Positions 13,036 through 26,433 of a stretch of 64,000 nucleotides of DNA are shown here, one piece after another. Under the pieces are notes generated by a model. It saw only the letters and a program-made list of their open reading frames with translations, had not been told where the DNA came from and did no database searches. Positions within the stretch are counted from its first letter, which is position 1. Every line of letters begins with the position of its first letter. This DNA comes from Eledone cirrhosa (Eukaryota). Location of the stretch: positions 79,360,001 through 79,424,000 of the forward strand of contig OZ024741.1 of assembly GCA_964016885.1 (NCBI GenBank), written 5' to 3'. The translations under genes were made by a program, and so were the position numbers.

Positions 13036-13534
13036 GTGAGAGAGGAGGAGAATGAGAAGAGGAAGCACCCGCTCTTTGTGCTCCTGAAGAGGAGGGTTGC
13101 ACATTTTTTCGGGGGTGTGTGCGACCCATGTCAACGCCTCTCCCTATTGTGGACATCGATTGTTAAATTTAATTTGTTATATGTTTTTTTACACGTCTTT
13201 TTAAATGTATGTAAACTCCCCCTTTGTATTTGTCCCAATCTTTGATGCCCTGGTGGCAAATAAATAGAAATTTATATCAGTTAACACCAAACTCTCTCCC
13301 AATCCCTCTTTCAATATCAATTACCTCCAAACTACACCCTCTCTATATCTACCTTACAATACTCTCCCTAATTCCCTCTCACTCTATCCATCCCTACCAA
13401 ACTCTCCCTTTCCCTATATGAATCAATCCTCTCACTCTATTCATTACCAACAAACTCAATCTCTCCCCTTCTCTGTATCTAATATACAACACACTCTTCC
13501 AACACCCCTCTATATATCAATTAATATTATTATA

Positions 13535-13713
13535 CAGCATCGGTAGAGGGTCGGACGCCATGCTTTGATGCATAGAGTTATGGCCCTTGCCATTCTGAGT
13601 TCAAATCCCGCGGAGGTTAACTTTGCCTTTCATCCTTATGGGGTCGATAAAATAAAGTACCAGTAATACACTGGCTTATTGCTGGCCTTGTGCCAAAAGT
13701 AGAAACAATTATT
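13535..13713 (+). mobile_element. tRNA-derived SINE
   Basis: B-box GAGTTCAAATC; matches 47498-47688. Confidence 0.85.
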
Positions 13714-13959
13714 ATACTTATATTTACCATCGCTATCATCAACGTGGATACACTATAAAGTGTACCCCCTGCATTCGCAATCCCGGTTATTCGCGGTATT
13801 TTCATTAGACACATAACTAATAATTGTTCGGGGAAACCACCCCATATTCGCAGAATCATCAATATTTTTCGCGATTTTTTAATGGGGCAATTTAATGCCG
13901 CGATTTGTCGGGCAATATAAAATCTTTAACGCTAAATTATTAATAACAATATACCGTAT

Positions 13960-15267
13960 TTGCCGACCTATTGGACGCCCCTTCGCATAGTTAACCTTAA
14001 TATTATTAAGAACAATATACGTAATCTCTTTAACCAACATAACCTAAAAATTGAATTTGATAACAGCATCAAACTAGCTAATTTCTTGGATGTATCTCTT
14101 AATCTTGACACTGGCCTATATTACCCTTACCATAAAAACAATGAGAACCTAAATTATGTTAACTTTAAATCTAACCATCCTACTAATATCAAGAATGCTA
14201 TAGTTAGTAATATTGGAAAAAGAATATCTAACCTATCTTCTAATAAAAACATCTTTGATGCTAACGCCAATTACTATAATAACGCGCCTTCTAAAGCCGG
14301 CTATCCTGATAAAATCAAATATAGTAAAGAAACAAATTCTAGAAGAAATTACAGTAGAATAATTAATCATGATCATTCCAATAACTTTAATAAAAGACCT
14401 AGATACAAAAACATAATCTGGTATAATGCTCCTTTCTCCATCTCTATTAATAACAATATTCCTAAATTATTCTTTAGTGCCTTAAATAAATGCTTCCCTC
14501 CCTCACATATCTATAGTAAAATATTTAACAAACACACTATAAAATTTTCCTATTCTACATCCTCCAACATTTCCAACATTATCTCTAAACACAACAATAA
14601 AATACTAAATACTAAATCTCTTCCTTCCAACACTGAATATCATAATAATAGTACTCCCGACGTCATTGTAAACCCTAGGCTAATTTCTACAAACCCAAAT
14701 ACAACGTCAAACACAACTTCGCTAAATGTTCTTAATCCCATTCTAAATCAAGAAACTATTATTCCTATCGCAAATAACTTTTCCAATCCAATTCCTTCTA
14801 TAGATAACACTAGGTCACTCATTAATAATCTCTCTAATCGCAATTGCAATTGCCCTATTAAAAATAAATGTCCTCTCAACAACCATTGTCTTGATAAAAA
14901 CTTAATTTACGAATGTAAAGTTATAAATGACACCAATTCCTTCACCTATTTTGGCTCCACTTCCACCTCTTTTAAAGCTCGTCTTTATAACCATCATTCG
15001 TCTTTTAAATACAAACTTAAAAGAACCAGCACGGCTCTCTCAGAACTCATATGGTCCTTGAAAGACAAAAATATTAAATATAGCATTTTTTGGAAGAAGG
15101 TTTCTTCTGCTTCTTCTAACAGTTCTCTATCCAAAATTTGCAATCTCTGTCTAAATGAAAAATTTACCATTATTTCTAATTTAGATTCTATAATAAATAG
15201 ACGCACTGACTTGTTTTCTATCTGCTTGCATAAATTCCATAAAACATTTCACAAAGTATACAGCTAA
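13960..15267 (+). CDS. PLE polyprotein C-terminal part (RT thumb, Cys linker, GIY-YIG endonuclease)
   Basis: NFLDVSLNL, SNHP, WYNAPFS, CNCPIKNKCPLNNHC, LIYECKV..TYFGST..FKARLYNH, CNLCLNEK; the annotated start is probably not real. Confidence 0.85.
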   Translation: MPTYWTPLRIVNLNIIKNNIRNLFNQHNLKIEFDNSIKLANFLDVSLNLDTGLYYPYHKNNENLNYVNFKSNHPTNIKNAIVSNIGKRISNLSSNKNIFDANANYYNNAPSKAGYPDKIKYSKETNSRRNYSRIINHDHSNNFNKRPRYKNIIWYNAPFSISINNNIPKLFFSALNKCFPPSHIYSKIFNKHTIKFSYSTSSNISNIISKHNNKILNTKSLPSNTEYHNNSTPDVIVNPRLISTNPNTTSNTTSLNVLNPILNQETIIPIANNFSNPIPSIDNTRSLINNLSNRNCNCPIKNKCPLNNHCLDKNLIYECKVINDTNSFTYFGSTSTSFKARLYNHHSSFKYKLKRTSTALSELIWSLKDKNIKYSIFWKKVSSASSNSSLSKICNLCLNEKFTIISNLDSIINRRTDLFSICLHKFHKTFHKVYS

Positions 15268-16153
15268 GATTCAATTCTTTATCAATTTAGAATCTTTTTC
15301 TCAAAGGCACACATATATATATATACACTTCTTTTAAAAATATACCCATCTTTCTACCTTATTTCAAAGGTCATTATACATTCTATAATACTTGTTACTC
15401 ATTCTACATCGCCCCTATTTATCACTTCCCTTTCTTCTCTTCTTCTTTTAATGTCTAACCCCTAATCTGTACCTTTTCTCACTCTTGCCTAACATAGAAT
15501 CAATTATTACATAATACAATACACTCTTACTCTATACCACCTTGTAAAAATCTTTCGTAAACATATACACATTTTTTTGACGTTAGATTATTCATCCTCA
15601 ATTCATTATTCTTTTCTCCCTTTCATCTAACTCATTCATGCTCATCTCAATATTTCCTTACTTAAATAACCTGTTATTCCTTTTAATAATACATATCAAC
15701 ATTTTCTTAACATCGCACATATTATTAAACCTTAAATATTATTATTCTCAATACATATTAACATTTTCTTTTTTCATCGCACATATCAAACCCCTCAATA
15801 TATAAACCTTAACTTTACATTATTTTTCTCTTCGTTAATTTTCAAATTCTTTTAATTTATACATTATCTTCCAACGGTTTTCAACCCCTCTATGTAAAAC
15901 AATATATCTTTCTCAGTTATAAAAGCTATCTCTCTCTCTCTCTATCACCCATCTCTCCTCCTATCTCATCCTTCCTCATTATACTCCTCCCTCTCCACTT
16001 TTTACTCTCATCTCCTCCTCTTTTTCACCCCCCCCCCTCTAAATAAAATATTTTTTCCCAATATCACACATCAATCTAAAACTACTTTTCATATGTTGAT
16101 TTAAAACTGAACTATCCACAAGTGTTTTTTAACCTTCATATCATGTCTTCCTG

Positions 16154-16220
16154 TTTTATCTGATGAAAACACAAATATTATTGCATGATGATATTTGTTT
16201 TTGAAATGCGCATAATAAAA
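16154..16220 (+). ncRNA. Type I hammerhead ribozyme (PLE pseudo-LTR)
   Basis: ttttat-CTGATGA-aaacacaaatat..atatttgttttt-GAAA-tgcgca-TA-ataaaa; palindromic stem III. Confidence 0.85.
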
Positions 16221-16345
16221 TACATGGAACTCTTTTAACCATCTTTTGTTCTTATATATTATGTATACTCCAGTCCTACAAACTGTAGAGTGCTTCTTAT
16301 CCGATATCTGCATTGCTTTATTGTACTACAATAAAACTCACCTCC

Positions 16346-16389
<44 letters not shown>

Positions 16390-16472
16390 GGAGAAACAAG
16401 GTGCTGTGTGGTTACTGATAAAGTGAATTTAGAAATTAAAGGAAAACACAAACAAGAGACAGGTTCCCTCTT

Positions 16473-19297
16473 CAGTTGTCTACTGGGGGTCTCGGGCGTT
16501 TCAACGCATTAAAGACAATACGTCTATATACCCGTGTGATATTGACAGACGTAAAAATGAGTACTGGTTATTGCAGTAGAGTTTAAATATTCTTTAGTAT
16601 GACCAAGTGGTGAGTCTTGTTTCACCTGTGCACTCACAGGATCATTTTATCTATGACGATTGTTTGAACCTGGCCTGTAGTTTATTGTCCTTTCTGTTCA
16701 CTTTACTGAATCCAACGAGGAAACCACATGACAGAACGACATGAAATAAAAATAATCAGGAGGAATACGTTCTAAATACATAATAATATTAGGGCTAAAT
16801 ATAGAACATTTTTTATAAATGAAATTTATTGCCAGATATGGCACCCTTTGTCCTCTGGGGGACTTGTTGAAATGATAATAAGCAGACAACTGAAACGAAA
16901 ATAAGAAGGAATATGTTCTAAATACACAATAATATTGGGGTTAAAGAGAAACAATTTTAAGGAGTGAAATTTATAACCGGAAATTTCTCCCTTTGTCTTC
17001 TGGGGGACTTGTTTCCTTTGCTCCGCAACAATTTTCAGTAGGAACTGTTTCTGATTTTCAACCTTCGTAAAATAATTAAACCTCTTTGTGAGAGAAATAC
17101 CTCAATCAGCAGTATCATTCACAACTTTAACAGCATCAACAGATGATCTGGTATCCATCTGGGAACAAAAGTCACAAAGTCAGCGACTTTTGTAGAACTC
17201 TCGACTCGCGTGGTGTAAGCTTAAGTTGTTCTTTGAACAAAACTATCTTGATCGCAAGTAGGAACGTAGCCATCCAAAGAACCTTGTGGTAAGTTCCTGA
17301 GACCGAGAAGGAGAACTGGGGAGATGGCCAACCTCCAAGATAGAAAAGGGAGAGCTTTATGAACTTGGCATAATTTTCTCGGAGATGATCTCCAGAAAGC
17401 AGTACAGTCTGTAGATATTCAACCATATCCTCCAGCTTTTGCTTATAAACATCTTCTATTGACTCATCATCGTCCAGGATAGTTTGATAATGAGACTTAT
17501 CGATGGAGTCCCAAGGTTCTTTGAAGTTTTTGAACGGGACTATGTGATGGGAAAAGATCTCGAAGACTATCTTTAAAACCAGTTCAAGAACGTGATGGCA
17601 ACAAGTCAGCCACGAGAAAAACGTTTACAGACTGGTGTTACTAGCGGTTGTGTCGAAGTAGATACCATTTATTCTATCATCAATTTTGAGTCATTGAATT
17701 TCCTTCAAAACAACTTCAGCGATTTGTTGTCCGGTTCTATCTCTTGCAATCGGAACACATAAGAGCTCGTCCTTTCCTTTTCCTGTAATTAAAACTGCAA
17801 TACAATCTAAGCCTGTGCTGGATCGGGAAGCCGGTGGTATTAATTCGCCATCCCAGTAGAGGATTATCTAGGATCTGTCACCAGGTAGGAAAGCGAATAG
17901 TTCGATTCATTAAACCATCTTTACACGTTGAATGGTTCTTGCTCGACAAACAGTTAAGGGGAAATCGAGAGTTCAGACACATCATGACCAAGACTTCGCA
18001 ATTGCGATGTAAGAAGTTCTTGCCTGTAGCACCGATAGTTTCTCCCGTTCCCGCATAGCCACAAGAGTGGCGTCGAGAGTCAGTTTTATTCGCAGTGACT
18101 TTATTCGTGTTGACTTGAAGATTTCGTCATCATCATTATTAATAGCTGAGCTGGATGATGAAATTTCAAGAGCTACTTTCTCGGATATTTTAACTTCTTT
18201 ATCCTGTTTTCTCTTTCTTACTTTCATATCATGAATATTCTTTTCCTTCTGAATGGCTCTCACATGTTCTGCATCAACCAGGAATGAAGATATCCAATAT
18301 TCCCGCTGTGTCTCAAGGAAAGCTTTGTCTTAAGATAGAACATCCTTTCGTTCGAGAACGTTTTGGCTCGTAATGTCAAGAATTTCCTCAAGGTCACCTT
18401 TCCCAATCTCATGATTTGCAATTGTTTTGTCAGTCCTTGATACTCCTTATATAAATTCTCGATTGAAGTGCGGATGGTTTTTTTTTTCCGTTTTGGTAGG
18501 GATATTTGCTGTTCACCACACATCCTGGATCTTCTGGCTAGTGTTTTTTACAGCAACTGAAATTGTCTCTCTAAGTTCGACGTGATGATAGAGCACTTTT
18601 TGTTTGGAGGAGATTCGTATGTCGGGATTTTTCTCAAGCAGCCAAATGGCCTTTCTGGTTCCCATTTTCTTATTTAATGTGAAAGATGAAAAGCAAAATG
18701 AATCAAACAATTTTATTTTAACGAGCCCTTGAGTTCTCGCATTTCTGGAACCCATTCAGGCTATGAAATCAAAAGACAAAAAATATTTTGTAACTTTATA
18801 ACAATGGATGGAAGTTGAAGAAATCCAGCGTGTTTACTATTCGCTAACACAACCAGCCCTGAACGAACAATACATTGATCTTAAGAACCAACAATGCAAT
18901 GAATCTTGCATTAGAACCTTATTGTTAGCTCATTATCTTGTTGAATTATCAAAACGAATAACAAAAGCCCACCCCATTAACGTGATACCAAATGCTTCTT
19001 TGTACGAACAATGAAAAGAATTTACTAAAAAAATGATTTAAAAATTCAATTATAACATCCTGTATTTACATTTGGTATCACTGTATACTGCCAGTAATAT
19101 GTACAGTACATGTGTACTGTAATTATTAAAAAATATACATTTTTTCGCAAAAGTTTTAATTGCACCTTTTTGTTTCCACTTATGTATTTCTTGAAAACTT
19201 TATTATTTATTATAAAAATTAAATTTATGCATCGTAGTTGTGGTTGGGCTCCCTTTGTATTCTGGCAACCAATATATTTAGACCCAGTCTGCCACTG
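16473..19297 (-). mobile_element. Decayed hAT-superfamily (hATm-like) DNA transposon
   Basis: Minus-strand fragments LYWDG, FDTTASNT, WLTCCHHVLELV, HKVLWMA..IKIVLF, KVVNDTA; possible imperfect TIRs CAGTTGTCTACTGGG / CAGTGGCAGACTGGG; no TSD seen. Confidence 0.65.
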
Positions 19298-19402
<105 letters not shown>

Positions 19403-20224
19403 ATGTATGTGTGTGTTTGTGTGTTTTATTTGTATTTTGTATTTTATGTATGTGTTTGTTGGTGGTATTTCGTTTTCATTTTCCTTTTGGTTTTGCTTTT
19501 GTTTTTACAGTGTTTGTTCGAGATATATAAATGACATCTTGAATTACTCACTGACAGACCGGATTGAATCTGTTCGAGTTTATATACGCCTGAAGATGCT
19601 ACAATTTCTGAGTCCAGTCGTACGATTACATAACAGTGTGTTTATGAACAGGGTCGTTGTAGAAAAGATTGATACATAATAGACAAATGTTACTCTCTTT
19701 CCTAGGCCAGGCAGGAGGGTGCCGGTTGGAAGATCTCTTCGTTTAGCATCCACGTGGCATTTCCCTCGCAGAAAATTCCTTCCACCATTCGTCACTTTCA
19801 GTCTTCTGGGAACCAACAACTTAAGCATGTTCGGACTCAGCCTTCACCACGGCTCTCATGAATGCAGATTAAGCCGTGAAAGGTAGTTCTTTTATCGGCT
19901 CCACTCCTCCTACTCACTCGGTTGTGATCGCCGCCATAATCCCTCACAAACATGTAAACGTTTTACTTGAAAAAATTTTGTGGGGACTGTTTTAATAAAA
20001 GTGTTTAAGAGTACATAAAACAAAACAGTTTTCGGGTAGAATGGAGTGTCAGAGCTACAATTTAGTTACATACAAACATGCTAACACAACTTTAGAATCA
20101 TGGAGATAGAGGTGTATGAAAAAGGAAAGCTTTAAATTTTGTTACCTATCTATCCATGTCTATCAATATTCATCATGTCTGCCTGCCCGTCTATAAGCAA
20201 TTGTTCGTCAATCCTCCTCTCCCC

Positions 20225-20325
<101 letters not shown>

Positions 20326-20369
20326 AAAACGATGTGATAAAAATTGTGTTGTATCTTACGGATACAATA

Positions 20370-20872
20370 TGACAGGAAGAATAGGGTGATCGTAGAATGT
20401 AAACAATATGAACTTACTATGTGTGTGTGTGTGCCTATTCTTAGAATACATTATTATCGTAGTAGTAGTGGTCAATCTGTCAGGCAGGCATGGCTGGCTG
20501 TCTGGCTGGGTCTGTGGCCGAGAAGGTGACAACCAGTAAGGGCCAGGGGACATCGTGAGCCAAGGGACATCGTGAACCTTAACACGGACTGCTTGCTTCG
20601 ATCTCTCTGGCCTTTAGATTCCTTAACTCCTTGTATTTATAATAGTGCTATAGTTAGAAGGATGTGTATATGAGGTTGATTTATGATCAGCCATGTGAAT
20701 ATCGTCTCCCAGGAAGGTGGGATCAGAGGTCAAGTGGTATATACGTTTATCATCGTTGACTTGACAGTACAATGGGGGGGGGGGACTTTCCAATAATGGG
20801 TGGTCCCAGAGGCGAGAAGCCTCAGATTCGGTTTCGAATCTTCGCCGGTAAAACATAGGAGTATTTCGTTAT
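20370..20872 (-). mobile_element. Possible decayed solo LTR
   Basis: Minus strand starts TATAACGAAAT (TGTAAC-like), contains TATAAATA and ends TGTCA; weak support. Confidence 0.25.
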
Positions 20873-21100
20873 ATATATATATTCCGTTATATATATATAT
20901 TTATATTTAATAATCTCCCGTTAGGTTGAGATGCAATGTGGTGATACTTGGCTGCGCTTTCTAGCAACAAGCCTACCCGCCGTAAGCAACCAATCACATT
21001 CTTTCCAACTTGACCACGGCCATATTGTGATTCTAAGCCATTTTCGAATCTAATTTTGGCGCGATCGCTTTAGAATACTAAGTGTCTATTTTTGAGTTTG

Positions 21101-21176
21101 TCTCCTGATGAATCCGAACTCTGTGGATTTCCTATTAATTGGATATCTAAAAATACAGATGAAACCATGGTAGAGA
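21101..21176 (+). ncRNA. Type I hammerhead ribozyme (complete, extended stem II)
   Basis: tctc-CTGATGA-atc...gat-GAAA-ccatgg-TA-gaga; GUA triplet; lies in a ~450-bp non-coding element ending at a TA/TG tract (~21460). Confidence 0.8.
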
Positions 21177-21463
21177 TATAGTTACGGTATGTACACATTT
21201 CTTCTAAGTTTGAATTTACACCAAATTGTGTATGGTTGATTGTATATTTGGTCAGTTTCTACATGCTGTCGAAATGTTGGATAAATACTCTATTGAGGCC
21301 ACAGCGAAGAGGCCACTTTCGTTTCTTTGTCGGAGATTTCTTCATAGGAGCCTTTATCCTTATAGCTTAGTCTAATTGATTTTTTATATGGTTAATTATG
21401 CTGATTGGCAGAGGAAATGGTATATATTTTATTTATCTAATAATTCTATAGACATCATTTATG

Positions 21464-21476
<13 letters not shown>

Positions 21477-21548
<72 letters not shown>

Positions 21549-21582
21549 CGCGCGTGTGTGTGTGTGTGTGTGTGCGTGTGCG

Positions 21583-21622
<40 letters not shown>

Positions 21623-21681
21623 TGTGTGTGTGTGTGTGCGTGCGTGTGTGTGTGCGTGTGTGCGTGTGTGCGCGTGTGTGT
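21477..21681. repeat. (GT)n microsatellite
   Basis: Direct reading. Confidence 0.95.
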
Positions 21682-21810
21682 ACCTGTCTGGTCGTCTGTC
21701 TAGATACCTCTCTGTAAATGCAACCAAAATATACGGAGGTTTATCATTTATCTATCTATCTGTTTGTTTCTATGCCTGTATGAAACAGTTCTAGTCCTGT
21801 AGAAGCCTTT

Positions 21811-21877
<67 letters not shown>

Positions 21878-22059
21878 AAAAGCATATCTTGATCAAAGCC
21901 TGGAGCAAGAAAGACGAGACAGTTGCAATTCTATCATAGTGCCATTGTCCGAAAATATAAAAAGTACTTGGTACTGTGCAGCAAGCTCCTCGGGACATTT
22001 TACGTTTGGTGTTTGTACAAGTTTCTGGTTTTAGTGGATTAAAAACAAACATGCCAGCT

Positions 22060-22870
22060 GCCTGCGTTAGATAGTCCAGATGTTGATGCTGTAGGCGTAA
22101 AGTCTGCAGTTTTCCATAATCTTCCAGTTGATGTTTCCCACTTTCTCCTGTAGGTCACCCTGGACCCTCCAATTTTGTGGGCTTCTTAGGCTTTAAACAG
22201 TCTCAAGTTGCAGATAACTAGATGGTGATCAGTTGACAGCTCAGCCCCTCTCTTAACACGAACATCCAGCACGGAATAGAAGAGATCAGAGACAAGAACA
22301 AAAAGAATTATTGATCTCTGTCCCTGATTCCTCTTAGACCATGTATATTTATGGATGTCTCTGTGCTGGAAGATGGGGTTCATAATAGAGAGTCAATTGC
22401 TAGAACAGAAGTTTAATAAGGCCTCTCCTTTCGTATTTAGATCGGGGTCACAATAGTTTCCAATTGCTCCTTTCCCTGTCAGGTAGTCAGTGCCAACATG
22501 TGCCATCAGGATATATGACTCTTAACTACATCTAACACTGCTGTGACTTCATCAAAGAAGGACCTGTATTCAGACTCCTTGTTTGGTGCATAAACTTGCA
22601 CCACCCACAGAAACCTCTCTTTCAGCTTCAAGAGGCACATCCTCTCTCTTAATGGCATCCAGTCCATAACACATTCTGACAAGGGCTAGTATCTCCACTC
22701 ACGCCCTGCAGTCATTTCTGGTGCCACACCTGAATAGTGGAGTTCCCATCCTCCATTCAAATCGACAGTACCAGAGCCACGGAACTTGGTTGTGGAAACC
22801 CCGACTGTATCTAGCCGATAGCATCTAGTCTCCTTCACTAGTCCTTGCTCCTTACCTGTAAGAGTTGTTC
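22060..22870 (-). mobile_element. Decayed RTE LINE endonuclease region
   Basis: HKYTW and RGAELSTDHHLVICNL; homologous to 53230-53900. Confidence 0.75.
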
Positions 22871-23055
22871 CAGGCTGCTTATTCGTCCGGCAGGTGCGCG
22901 GTTATATCGCAACTATCATATCTGTTGGCTGTATCGTTATCTGCCACCTGCGACCCGTTGTCTAGCAGAACAGCTCTGCTGAAAAGTATATATATATATT
23001 TATATCATCAACATCATCTCTCTCTCTATATATATATACATTTCTCTCTCTCTCC

Positions 23056-23107
<52 letters not shown>

Positions 23108-23112
23108 ATATA

Positions 23113-23300
23113 AGATCAAAAGATGGTTAAAAGAGTTACAAGTATTTTATTATACGCATTTCAAAAACAAATATCATCATGGGATGATATCTGCGTTTTC
23201 ATCAGATAAAATAGGGATACATGATAAAAAACACTTGTGAATAGTGAAGTTTTAAATCAACATATTTTATTGTGCTACAATAAAACTCACCTCCTACATT
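23113..23300. mobile_element. Mini PLE pseudo-LTR: inverted HHR segment fused to a sense terminus
   Basis: 23113-23265 is the reverse complement of ~16095-16250; then TTTATTGTGCTACAATAAAACTCACCTCCTACA as at 16317-16349. Confidence 0.75.
23145..23211 (-). ncRNA. Type I hammerhead ribozyme
   Basis: ttttat-CTGATGA-aaacgcagatatcatc..gatgatatttgttttt-GAAA-tgcgta-TA-ataaaa. Confidence 0.8.
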
Positions 23301-23346
23301 ATATATATATAGAAGAAATTAAAAGATGGTTAAAAAAGTTCCATAT

Positions 23347-23410
23347 ATTTATGCGCATTTCAAAAACAAATATCATCCTGGGACGATAGTTGCGTTCTCA
23401 TCAGATAAAA
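23347..23410 (-). ncRNA. Type I hammerhead ribozyme (left arm copy)
   Basis: ttttat-CTGATGA-gaacgcaactatcgtc..gatgatatttgttttt-GAAA-tgcgca-TA; 3' strand of stem I partly deleted. Confidence 0.7.
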
Positions 23411-25382
23411 TAAGGTAACATAATATGATGCCTAAAAACACTTGTGAACAAGAAAGTGTACAGTCAACATGTGACAAAAAAATATAAAAGGAGAGAGAAG
23501 ATTGGAAAAATGAAGGAAGAGGGAAAAGGAAAAAGACATAAAAGAGAAGGAAAAAATAACGGAGGAAAAGTTAAGAAGGAAGGAGGAGAGAGAAAGAGAA
23601 AGGAGAGAGAGAGAGAGACTTTTGATCGGAAAACGCTGTCAAAAATGAAAACAGCTGTGAATAACGGCTAAAAAATATAAATAAATAAATAAATTGATGA
23701 GGTTTATGTGCTTAGATTACAAATATAGAAACTAGGTATATTATTTATTTTGGGTTTATATACTAAAAACATTGATTAAGAGGTGTGAAAATGTATTAAT
23801 AAAATAAAATAAAATAAAATAAAATGATTTCTAAGCGTAGAAGACCATATAACGTCATAGTTTGTTTAAACAGAGTGTATTGAGAAATGTGAGAAAAATG
23901 TATGAAAAAATATTTGTGTAAAAAAATATATATATGTGTAGAAAAAAATGAATAAGAATAGTCAAACCATGTCAAAAATTAAAAATTTACTATTAATAAT
24001 TATAAATTATATATAAAAAATTATATATGTGGGAAAACTATTTAAATATTTAAATATTATTTTAATCAACAAGTAAATAAAGGAAAATGTTAGAATGATT
24101 TAAGCGTAGAAAAAAGCGTAGAAAAAGCGTAGAAAAAAAATATGACGTCATAGTTTGTTTACAAAATCTACGAAGGTTTATACCGAAAATTTGATGTGAT
24201 AAAGGAGGAAAAATAGTGAGAAAAAGAATATAATGAAATATTATATATGAACTATTTAAATATTATTTTGTATCAACAAGTAGATAAAGGAAATTGCTAG
24301 AGTGATTTAAAGTGCAGAAAACCATATAACGTCATAGTTTGTTTAAAACTTTGTAGAATGTACTGAAATATGCGAGAAAAATGAGTGAAAAGATATTTGT
24401 GTAAAAAATGTGTAAAAAATTTCCTTAAAAGGACAAACACTGCAGTCTCAGAACTTATCTGGTCCTTAAAAGACAAAAACATTAATTACAAAATTTCTTG
24501 GCGTAAAATATGCAATGCTTCTCCATATTCTAATGCTTCCATATCTAGGGCTTGTAATTTATGTCTAGCTGAAAAATTTACCATTATCTCGAATTTCAAC
24601 TCTATAATAAATAGACGCACGGATTTATTTGGTCTCTGCATCCATAAATCACTTAGGTCATTTCACTGTAGACAGCTAATACCCTATATCTTATTCCACG
24701 AATAAAGGTTAACATTTTTTACACATATATATTTTTTACACAAATATCTAAATAGTTTTCCCACATATATAATTTTTTTTATATATAATTTATAATTTTT
24801 AATAGTAAATTTTTAATTTTTGACATGGTTTGACTATTCTTATTTATTTTTTTCTACACATATATATATATATTTTTTACACAAATATCTTTTCACACAT
24901 TTTTCTCACATTCCTCAATACACTCTGTTTAAACAAACTATGACGTTATATGGTCTTCTACGCTTAGAAATCATTTAATTTAATTTAATTTTATTTTATT
25001 AATACAATTTCACACCTCTTAATAAATTCTTTTAGTATATAAACCCAAAATAAATAATATACCTAGTTTCTATATTTGTAATCTAAGCACATAAACCTCA
25101 TCAATTTATTTATTTATTTATATTTTTTAGCCGTTATTCACAGGTGTTTTTCATTTTTGACAGCGTTTCCCGATCAAAAGTCTCTCTCTCCTTTCTCTTT
25201 CTCTCTCCTCCTTCCTTCTTAACTTTTCCTCCGTTATTTTTTCCTTCTCTTTTATGTCTTTTTCGTTTTCACTCTTCCTTCTTTTTTCCAATCTTCTCTC
25301 TCCTTTTATATCTTTTTGACACATGTTGACTGTACACTTTCTTGTTCACAAGTGTTTTTAGGCATCATATTATGTTACCTTA

Positions 25383-25449
25383 TTTTATCTGATGAGAACG
25401 CAACTATCGTCCCAGGATGATATTTGTTTTTAAAATGCGCATAATAAAA
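25383..25449 (+). ncRNA. Hammerhead copy with G12A lesion (right arm)
   Basis: Same as 23347-23410 but GAAA reads AAAA. Confidence 0.65.
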
Positions 25450-25573
25450 TATATGGAACTTTTTTAACCATCATTTAATTTCTTCTATATATACTCCAGT
25501 TCTATCAACTGTTGAGTGCTACTTATCTGATATATGCATAGTTTTATTGTTCTACAATAAAACTCACCTCCTA

Positions 25574-25624
<51 letters not shown>

Positions 25625-25740
25625 AATGATGGTTGGAAAATCACTGACAAAGGACTATTTTTATCATATGTAACCCATGTGCAACCACGCAGTATTCTTC
25701 TTTCTTCTCATGTTTTTTTTTTATATATATATATATATAT

Positions 25741-25906
25741 AAGTTATTCCGGGTTGAATCGGAGGTAACCACAGTAAGTAAGGTACTCAATACATAGCAG
25801 TGTATACAAGTTTTAATATAGAAGAGCTTCTACAGGACTAGAACTGATGATTTCACACGAATGAAACAGTTCTAGTCCTGTAGAAGCTCTCTCTTCTATA
25901 TTAAAA

Positions 25907-25910
<4 letters not shown>
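25741..25910. mobile_element. Short fold-back element with an HHR core between its arms
   Basis: Arms 25808-25846 and 25867-25909; CTGATGA(25844)-tttc-acac-gaat-GAAA-cagttctag-TC; a fragment of the same family lies at 21781-21812. Confidence 0.7.
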
Positions 25911-25954
<44 letters not shown>

Positions 25955-25956
<2 letters not shown>

Positions 25957-26016
25957 CTCTTTTACTCTTTTACCTGTTTCAGCCATCCGGCTGAGGCCAT
26001 GCTGGGGCACCGCCCT

Positions 26017-26018
<2 letters not shown>
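25955..26018 (-). mobile_element. SINE 3'-tail fragment of a second family
   Basis: TACTCTTTTACTCTTTTACCTGTTTCAG...GGCCATGCTGGGGCACCGCC has a short tandem tail; resembles octopus SINE ends (from memory). Confidence 0.5.
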
Positions 26019-26056
<38 letters not shown>

Positions 26057-26078
26057 TATATATATATATATATATATG

Positions 26079-26433
26079 CAATGATATTATTAGATAAATG
26101 GAAACTATATTTATAAAACCATATTTATTTTATTATATATATTTCAAGGGTACCAAGACAACATTGGTACGCTTTCATCAGATAAAATACAAAGTTTGTT
26201 TTATAAATAGAGACGTACCCATGAAAATCATACCTTATCGGTTGGAAATTCACTGGATAGTGAATTTCCAACCAATAAGGTAGGTATATATAATAAAATA
26301 AATATGGTTTAAAAAATATAGTTTCCATTTATTTAATATCATTGAATATTTACTCCAGTTACTGTTGAGTGCTCTAAATCAGTTATAAACATTTATATTT
26401 GTCGGACTTCCAACAAATTAAATACCCCTTCTA

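Larger units (their letters stand above)
9093..13270 (+). mobile_element. Tx1/L1-clade non-LTR retrotransposon, 5'-truncated, with an inverted internal fragment at its 5' end
   Basis: APE-RT-zinc finger ORF2, GC-rich relative to flanks, 3' UTR ending in AAATAAATAGAAA. Confidence 0.9.
13780..16350 (+). mobile_element. 5'-truncated Penelope-like element with 3' HHR-containing pseudo-LTR
   Basis: RT thumb plus GIY-YIG ORF, long pyrimidine-rich 3' UTR, HHR, terminus AAAACTCACCTCCTACA-(TA)n. Confidence 0.85.
23311..25580. mobile_element. Truncated PLE with ~740-bp inverted arms around a GIY-YIG C-terminal fragment
   Basis: 23311-24051 is the reverse complement of 24741-25486; the centre (24420-24705) encodes TAVSELIWSLKDKNINYKISW..CNLCLAEKFTII, homologous to the 13960 ORF. 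Confidence 0.85.

Noticed and set aside
13272-13285. TATCAGTT after the Tx1 tail resembling the U2 snRNA target of Keno elements
   Set aside because: Only 8 nt match, no further U2 sequence, and similar TATCAATT words recur in the flanking low-complexity DNA
19700-20100. Possible mariner N-terminal remnant
   Set aside because: Only a vague peptide resemblance and no TIR pair identified
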